Part shown: positions 51,551-64,000 of the stretch, piece by piece
Layout of the letters: every line of letters starts with the position of its first letter
Numbering within the stretch: position 1 is the stretch's first letter
Assembly: GCF_009914755.1 (NCBI RefSeq)
Contig: NC_060941.1
DNA length: 64,000 bases
Source: the human T2T-CHM13v2.0 reference genome, Homo sapiens
Strand: one strand, 5' to 3'
Program-made: the position numbers and the translations under genes
The notes under the pieces: model-generated
What the model saw: only the letters and a program-made list of their open reading frames with translations
What the model was told of the DNA's origin: nothing
The model's database searches: none

Positions 51551-52026
51551 ATCCTACTTATTTACAGATGGTCTAGATGTAATCTTGATAAAATCAAACC
51601 AACTTGACTTCTCCTAATTCAACATACACTCCTCAGACCTCTCTTCCTCACTCGTTTGTTTCAACTAATGTCACTGTGTAGAGAAGGAAACTACTTAATG
51701 TGTGATGGTTCCTTCCAGATGTATAGCTCATTTGTGTTGGCAGCTTGAATGGTTTTGGTTTTTTTATTTTGAAAACCAAAAAACTCTTGGTTTTTCATTA
51801 GGTTATTCAAGCCTAGCTCAGTCAGATTTGGTTCCCAGCTATAGTTCACTTGGCTAAAAATAAAGCCTTGAATTTGTACCGTCATCTTTTGAAACATTTG
51901 CTGTTTGACCTAATGTCAGTGACATTAGTTGAAACAAACGAGTGAGGAAGGAATGTTTGATGGGAGAAGTCAGGTTGGTTTGATTTTATCAAGTTTATTT
52001 CTAGGTCATCTGTAAATAGGTAGGAT
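51551..52026 (+). repeat. Long non-Alu inverted repeat in intron 14
   Basis: 51551-51615 pairs with 51962-52026; 51643-51676 is the exact reverse complement of 51917-51950. Confidence 0.95.
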
Positions 52027-52424
52027 ATAGGAAGGGTTGCTTTTTGTTTGTTTTATGAATAAGAGCTCTAAGGTGATAGGGCCTTCTCTAAAGCTGAAGT
52101 AATTTAACTATCATTCCAGTAAGACTGGACTATGGCGGCTACCAGCAGGGATTTGTCAGACAGTAAGACAAATGAAATTGAGAGGACATGACCTTCTGCA
52201 CAACGGAGGATCAGCTCACGTTTGTTCTGAATTGAGAAACAGGAGAAATGTTAAAATGTATTGCTGATGATTGGTACTGTCAATGTTTTTGTGTATAAAA
52301 TACATTTGGCATTCCCAAAATTAAAAAATATCAAGGGACTTAATTGATTTTAAAAAGAAAAGGTATAGTGTTCTGATTGGGAGATTTGGAATCAACTGAT
52401 CTTGAACTCTTACTCATTTCACAG

Positions 52425-52569
52425 AATGTTCTTCGGAAAGTGCAACATCAAGATGCTTTGCAGATCTCTGATGTGGTTATGGCCTCCCTGTTAAGGATGT
52501 TCCAAAGCACAGCTGGGTCTGGGGGAGTACAAGAGGATGCCCTGATGGCAGTTAGCACACTGGTGGAAG
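52425..52569 (+). CDS. KPNB1: Importin beta-1 exon 15
   Basis: [10 protein letters not shown]...STLVE; ag/gtcggt. Confidence 0.97.
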
Positions 52570-52639
52570 GTCGGTGAGAAATACTGTCTGGTCAGGGAAT
52601 GTCTTTGGAATGTAGGCATTTCAGTGGCCTTAAATAATT

Positions 52640-53396
<757 letters not shown>

Positions 53397-54201
53397 TAAG
53401 ATTGACACATCATGGTGCCTGGTATGGGATGAAATGAAACATTGAGCGAGTTCTAGGAATTGATTTTCTGATTTTTACATGTCTGACTGCAAAATTGGTT
53501 TGGGGAAGCCATATCTGACTTAAGACTCTTTGAAGGGGCATTACGAAGCACTTTAGGAATCTGATATGCCTTTTCAGGGGTGGCCTGTAAGTACATTGCT
53601 AAGGCCATTTACCTGAGGACCACTCTCCTGAGGACTAGACCTATTTTTGGCATAAACAGCCTATGTCCAACTGGTCTGTCAACATGTGACCACTCCTCTG
53701 AAAGGGCAAAGAAGTTAATTTTGGCTCCTGGAGTGGCTGATTTGGATCTGAAGCCCAGTGCTGCTTTTCCTGGCTGTGGCTTGTTTAGCCCTTGATGGAA
53801 TTGCCTAAGGACCCTGTTTTGAAGCTGGCTTGCAGAAAGGACATGCTATTATCAGATGAGGAGGTGGACAAGAGTCAGTATTGCTGGTTCAGCCCATTTA
53901 AAATTAACCTTGACATTCCTTGAGGGTCATACCACTTGGTTGTATTAGTCAGAGTAAAGCCCTATTCTGTGGACAGTGGGCATTGTCTCTGTGGCGTATG
54001 AATTAGGGCCCTTCCAGCAGTAATAAATTTGGCTTATGCAAGCCTTTAATGTCTTCATGATGGAATCGGTAACTAAAGCACATTTCACCCAACCTGTTGA
54101 GTGGAGCGAGTACATTTTGGGAGAGGTAGGATGGGTTATTTCTGCCTGCCTCTGTGTTAACCCGTGGTGCTGTCATTGGCTAATAGCTTATTTCATTACA
54201 G

Positions 54202-54284
54202 TGTTGGGTGGTGAATTCCTCAAGTACATGGAGGCCTTTAAACCCTTCCTGGGCATTGGATTAAAAAATTATGCTGAATACCAG
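54202..54284 (+). CDS. KPNB1: Importin beta-1 exon 16
   Basis: (V)[12 protein letters not shown]...AEYQ; ag/gtagga. Confidence 0.98.
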
Positions 54285-54813
54285 GTAGGATGTGCTTTTC
54301 AAAATAGTATGTTCCCATTTATATCTGACAGTCACTGTAGTGCACGCAAAACCAGGTTCTTATAGCTTAAGTAGTTTTTCCTGATACATTGTCCTAAAAG
54401 GCAAGCTACTTTATTCATTGCCTGAACGTTTGAACTGGAAGTAGTCCATGAAAAACAGGATATTAGATGTACCAGATAACGGTGGACAAGATATTAGATG
54501 TAACAGATAATGGTGGACAAGATGACTGTTTATTTGCTTAGACAGTACTAATGCAGGAGCAGCTATAAAGTTGAGCTATTAGCACCCTGGAGAGCAAGGC
54601 TTTTTTTTTTTTTTTTTTTTTTAACTTTATCAGTGATCTCTCTCGGATAGTCTTTGTTCCCTGCCTGCCATGTTGGTTGTTGAAAAATTAATCTCGGCAG
54701 AGGGATTTAACTCTAGGTTCAAGTGATAAAAGCTCAGCAGCTAGTTAAAAATAATATCTTGCCCCAGCAGGCAGCCTTTTCTGTTAGAAGATTATTTCCT
54801 TGATTCTTGGCAG

Positions 54814-55289
<476 letters not shown>

Positions 55290-55453
55290 TCAGTGACAGG
55301 GAGCTGTAAGTTTCTAGAACATTGGCTTTGGGCTTATAAAGAGGGGAGTTGTTCATTTCACAGATGACTCTGAAGAAAGATTGTAAAGTTAAAGGAATGT
55401 GTGCTCTATTAGAGATTTTTAAAACAAAACAGTAAAATGCAAAGGAAAAGTAA

Positions 55454-55552
55454 ATACAGTTGTTCCTTGACTTATGATGGAGTTAGGTCCCAATAAACAC
55501 ATTGTAAAGTGGAGAAATCATCAAACCATCATGAGCAGGGGACCATTTGTAT
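55454..55552. mobile_element. Short MER47-like Tigger MITE
   Basis: TA-cagttgttccttgacttatgatgg ... ccatcatgagcaggggaccatttg-TA terminal inverted repeats. Confidence 0.55.
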
Positions 55553-55811
55553 ATTATACCTCTCTCCAGAGATAGCCATCATTAATTATTGTACATGTGT
55601 GTTCTCAGACAAGTCACTTGATTCTTAAGTCAGTCTCCTCATGTGTAAAGTGGGAATACCAATACCTGGGCTAGCTTCTTAGAGTTGGTGTGAGGTGCAA
55701 ATGGGAAAGGTTTTGTAAGCTATAAAGGACCATCCAAATATTTAAAATCAATAGTTGCTTGTTAGAAATGAAATTTTCATGAATCTTTGGACCAAACAAG
55801 TTTTGACTTAA

Positions 55812-56208
<397 letters not shown>

Positions 56209-56350
56209 TGAGTATACAACCCAGTTCCCTTCGTCCACTCGCCAATGTGCACTTAGCCAAGTGGGCTATGTCTGTCATTCTGTAGCTCGCTTGTGAACCT
56301 AGTGCCTGTTGCTTAAAAGGCTGGGAGAAGGGGGAGCAGTGCCCTAATGA

Positions 56351-57928
<1,578 letters not shown>

Positions 57929-58223
57929 TAAGTTATACCCTGCTTCTAAGAGCTGAATAGAACTTCTCACAGAAAATGAGAAAACATGGAGTAAGGAGTT
58001 TTGAGAGTATCGCGGATGGCAACAGTTCACTTTTTTGGCACAGAGATTTCTTTGCAGAACGCTTCATGTCCTGTTTTGAGTGTTCACATGATAGTTTATT
58101 CCAGACCCTCAAGGTGTCTGTATTACACCCCATTAAACTCTGATGTTGGTCAACAATTGCCTCTGTCTAGTGACCTCTACTGAGGGTTTTATTTATCTTT
58201 GAAATTTGCTAAGAAACCCATAG

Positions 58224-58463
<240 letters not shown>

Positions 58464-58820
58464 TAAGATCTTGCCTCCACTGTCCTCTTTCTTCTACTTC
58501 CTGGAGGAGGGGGGTATGTTTTCTTTAGGCCATTCTGGCAAGCACTGCCTTCTGGCATTTTTTTTGTTTGTACTTTTTCCCATGTAGGTGCTTCTGAGTC
58601 AGGCAGCCTCAGTTTTTCCTTGAGCCAAATGTTTGACTCCTCATAGTGATGGAGAGCAGAACTTTTAAAACTGGAATTCACTGAAATTCCCTGAGTATTT
58701 TGGGTCCTAATAAAATCATCAGTAATGCCATTTCCCCCTAATTCTCTTCTGTTTTCTATTCCTTTCCTCATGCCCTATTCTTTCTTTACAGCAGTGCTTT
58801 TAGACGTTGCCTAGCTCTAG

Positions 58821-59920
<1,100 letters not shown>

Positions 59921-60878
59921 GAAATACAGTTTTAATTTCTTTCACTCTTAATTAGTTATCTTACTCCACAGATCTCAGTAAAATTGGCTCTTTGAGTTTC
60001 CCTCGCACCCTCTGATGTAGGTGTTAATAAGAGCAGGTCAATGGCACATAGGACAAGAAGAAAGAGTGTCAATCCTTGAAATGTTGACAAATTCCATTCA
60101 GGCCTAGGAGCATGTAATTGTAGGAGTCAGCATTATTGGCTCTGTTGGGTATATGTGATCTCAAAGATTGACCTTTTTTTCCATCTGTTTTTAGATCTGT
60201 TACCATTGGGATGATAACCTGAGGACCCCCACTGGAAATCTCCCATCTTTTGAAAAACCTGGAAGTGAGGAGTGTGCACGGATGCTGAATGTTTGGGAAT
60301 GAGAGGATGAGTGAGTGAGGCTTGAAAACACACCACATTGAAAATCCTGCCACAGCAGCAGCCGCAGCCGCCAACAGCAGCGCTGTTAGTGAGCTAAGTA
60401 AGCACTGACTTCGTAGAAAACCATAACATCGGCCATCTTGGAAAAGAGAAAAACAATGGAGTTACTTATTTAAAAAAAAAGAAAGAAAGTTATCTCTTCC
60501 CAGGAGAGGCTAGAAGTAGCTTTTCTGTCTTTTGGCCAGTGCCGAGTGGAATGCCTGGTTTGGGGGAGGAGGAGGGACTGGGTTCAGCTGTGGTGCTTTG
60601 TTGTAAAAGGCAGCCTGGCCTTTGCTACTGAGGAGAAAGATGGAGCCTGGGTCTCAAGCCCACCTTCGCTGTACCTTTGCCACATGGTACTGTATGCTTG
60701 CCAGCTAGAAGGAGGGTCAGGGATTTTTTACAGTCTGAGAATGAGTGTGTGTGAGTGAGGCGGTATCCACATTCTCAACTTCAAGTCATTGCAGTTTCTT
60801 TTTCCCAGAAAACAAGGGGTTAGATGTTGCATTTCATAAAACTAACCGAAGTTCTGTCTACTGATGCAGCACAAGAGA

Positions 60879-60912
<34 letters not shown>

Positions 60913-61306
60913 ACACACACAGAGGAAAGACGCTCTTTAGGTTTTGTTTTGTTTTTTTTTTTTGGTTTTGTTTTTTGTTTTTTTTACTCTAGGGAAAACA
61001 CTGACGAATGGTCAGAGCTCCTATCCTGATCTTTTCATCAAGGCGCCTTTCCTAATAATATGGTTCAACTGTGAATGTAGAAGTGGGGGGGAGGGGGGAG
61101 AAAAAGAAAACTCTGGCGTTAGAGGATATAGAAAAATATAAGTACAATTGTTACAAATAACGCAGACTTCAAAAACAAAAAAATCACAACCCAAACAAAC
61201 CAAAATTTAAATGATCAGAATTGGCAGCACAAAGAAAACGCCCTCTCCTGACTTGTATTGTGGCAGTCTGAACGCCCCCAGAAAATTGTGCCAAAGAGTT
61301 TAGAAA

Positions 61307-61323
61307 AATAAATATACAATAAA
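61307..61323 (+). terminator. KPNB1: Twin proximal polyadenylation signals
   Basis: AATAAA at 61307-61312 and 61318-61323. Confidence 0.65.
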
Positions 61324-63266
61324 AGTAAACACATACACACAAAACAGCAAACTTCAGGTAACTATTTTGGATTGCAAACAGGATAATTAAATGTTCAAAC
61401 AATCTGATAAAATAACCATTTGGAAACTGCTTGGCCTTCTGTTCTTTTATTTGATTGACTACAATGCGGTATTGGTCTCTTGCTGCACTTCAAAAGCAAC
61501 CAACAAAACAAAAACAAAAAAAAGTGTGTGTGTGTGAATACACACACACACTAACTAGAAGTCTTGTGATGAAAATGGCACTTGGAAAAGGTTTTATTTT
61601 TCCACTGAAGTTGAAGGTTAATAAAATGGTGTCAAACGTCCCCTGGTCACACACTTGAATATTTTTTTAGAAGTGTGATGTGGTATGATTACCATAAATC
61701 AGACTTAATTATTTTCCCTTTTACAAGGGAACAGGGCATCCTGAATTTTAGAGCCTTTCAGCAATAAGAAGGGATGTTGGTGAGCTTTGATCCTCTTTTG
61801 GTTTTGCAGTTGTTAGGAGTTTTTGCTGGCATTTTGAATATGCTGCTTTCAGAAAAACCAAGGAAGTTTTAAAATTGCTTCCTGGTCCTTAGAGGACTAA
61901 AAACAAGACCCTCATTCCCACTTTCATTTCCACTCTAGCAAAAACTGGGCTTGCGTTTTTCTCCAACTCCTCGTTTATATCCTCCCTTCCATGTCCAAGC
62001 CTTCCATTCCTAAGTGGGATTGGCTCAGTTTTGCCCATCCATATGGCAGCATCTCTAATAGCTCTTGTACAGGGTATCAGATATTGTGCCTTTTGGTGCC
62101 AGGTTCAAAGTCAAGTGCCGATCTATGAACCAGTGTACAAAAAAAAAAAAATCCAGGTATTTGAAGGAGAGACGCTCCATTGTGAATAAAGAGCTCATAC
62201 CAGCTCCTAAGCCCTATTAAGAAGAGGCCTGGTCCTCTAATGCCTTGTTTCCATTTCAGTTGTTCTTTGAGAGACAGAATGATGTACTAACCATTCGTGA
62301 TTATTAAGATAGGGTTGGGTCAGGGCTTAGGGAGGGGGCAGAAATATTGGGGATAGAAAAAAAATCTGATCATTCCTCAGTGCTACCCATTTCTGTCCTG
62401 TGTGGGCTGCTTAGCTAGACAGCAGGAGAATAAAGTACACCGAGAACCATAATGAAAAAACCTTCCGTGTGTTTTGTCATGTTTTGTTCCAGGGAAGCAG
62501 TTGATGAGTGCTGTTACTAATGCTTTCTCCCAGATCCATTCAGTGGTGGAGAGGAGGAAAATGGGCTGGTTGGATGTGGTCTTGGTGCCTTGCAGTTACT
62601 CTGCACTGGTTATGCATTTAATTCTCCTCTTTTCTAGTTAACCTTTTGCCAGTGGGTTTTCCATAGTCTGGGTATTTGTCCTTATATCAGTTATACCACC
62701 TAAGGCAACTGGGTGCAAAATGCATTCTGTTCACTCACTGTCTGGGCCTTCCCCACCCTAGTCTTGGCACATTCCTTCAAGAATGTAGTTACCGTCTGCT
62801 TGGGAAGATGTCAGTGCAAATGTGAAGATAATGGGCATCGGACTAGGCTTTGGTTTGCCACAAGTGGCAGCTGCCTGTATCAATTACATTTATTAATTTT
62901 GCTTTTCATTTTTCCCAGTTCTCCTCACCCCCCCTTTGTTGAAATGTTGGACTTGCTGTCAGAGGCAACTGTAATATTGCCTTAGGGACTTGTGGAGAAG
63001 GGGAATTGCTCAGTGTAGTGTTTTAACTTTCAGAACCAAGCAATCTATTTACTCTTACAAATATTTAAGAAGTGTGTTAGTCCAACTTTAAGAAAAATCC
63101 AAACTCATCAGCTTTTGATAGCATCTTGGTTTTTGAAACAACTTCAATCTGTAATTGGCATTCAGAATGCCCTTGGCATGCCAGTCTGTGATGGCATTTA
63201 AGACCTGTAAAACACTTGAGCCCAACTCGATTAACCAAAACCGATAACCACCACCTTTATCTTCTA

Positions 63267-63272
63267 AATAAA
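63267..63272 (+). terminator. KPNB1: Distal polyadenylation signal of KPNB1
   Basis: AATAAA, CA dinucleotides ~22-26 nt downstream, then a T-rich/GT-rich element. Confidence 0.75.
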
Positions 63273-64000
63273 GTCCGCTTTATTTTTATTTTCAACATCT
63301 TGCTGCTTTTTTTTTTTTTTTTGTCCCAAATGGTGTCACCTCCATGGAGGTGAAATGGTTTGAAAGTCAGAATGTGTGGTGAGAGGTGTTTGTGTATGTA
63401 TGTGTGTGGGGAAAAGGAGGGACACACTTCTTGAAATGGATATTACATAGTGTAATGTGATATAGATGAAACAGTGTCCTACAAATGAGGTAAGGCAAAA
63501 GTATGCATGGAGGATGTTTCGTGTTTGGAGAGTTTGAAGCATTCCTCATCAGTAAAACAGGAATACTGACTAAGGTTGTTCTGCAAATTAAAACATAAAA
63601 TCTCAGTGTTTACCATTTTTCACTTCAGGTGGGCCAAGCTGGCACCTTGGAGGCCAGGTGGAACTGCAGGCTTGCACTGTGTTTCTGAGTGTTTGTATTG
63701 GGACCAGGTATACGGTAATGGGGTTTCTTGTGGGAGCAGTTGCTCCTTCTCTGCCATTTGATGAACTAATTGCATTCTTTTCTCAAATCTCACCTTCAGT
63801 GGAGAAATGTTCTCAGTGAATCATTGTCCTCTGTTTGTGCCTATTTCTCAAGCTAATTCCGTGTCTAATGGATCATCCAAAAGTTGGCCTTTCACTTAGT
63901 TTTCATCATGTATTTCATTTCTACTTGCATTTCCCCCCCTCAAGAAACTTAGAACACTAGTTTGAGATTTAGGAGACTAGGCCCTTTCCTTTAACCCTGC

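Larger units (their letters stand above)
60195..63296 (+). other. KPNB1: KPNB1 terminal exon 22: final A of TGA plus long 3' UTR
   Basis: Acceptor ttttttccatctgtttttag|A; Alu-free; AATAAA at 61307, 61318, 61620, 62185, 62429 and 63267. Confidence 0.9.

Noticed and set aside
60069-60374. Antisense poly-Ala ORF (MAAAAAAV...)
   Set aside because: Arises from a short CAG/CCG-like tract in the 3' UTR and has a non-ATG start

Overview
Human (primate) genomic DNA, very Alu-dense, containing the complete + strand gene KPNB1 (importin subunit beta-1). I reconstructed 22 exons by hand: ATG at 28029, spliced CDS of 2631 nt (876 aa plus stop), all introns GT-AG, and the TGA stop split by the last intron. 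The gene has a CpG-island promoter (~27.0-28.7 kb) and a ~3.1 kb 3' UTR with several AATAAA signals. The first ~1 kb looks like the 3' UTR end of the upstream neighbour, NPEPPS by known gene order. The 1-27 kb interval is mostly Alu, L1, L2, MIR, LTR and DNA-transposon relics. Nearly all ORFs in the supplied track are Alu or chance artefacts. The strongest unexplained signal is a ~480 nt non-Alu fold-back in intron 14 (51551-52026). It has a 65-bp stem and a perfect 34-bp stem, its transition mismatches are all G-U wobbles on the sense RNA, and its loop carries a cryptic 3' splice site, an in-frame stop and AATAAA. Other notable items are an atypical GTTGAGT donor, transposons abutting two splice acceptors, a split stop codon with an intronic polyA option, a run of ten phase-0 introns between oppositely oriented Alu blocks, and an inverted templated insertion inside an Alu. 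Repeat boundaries are approximate and family names are by eye.
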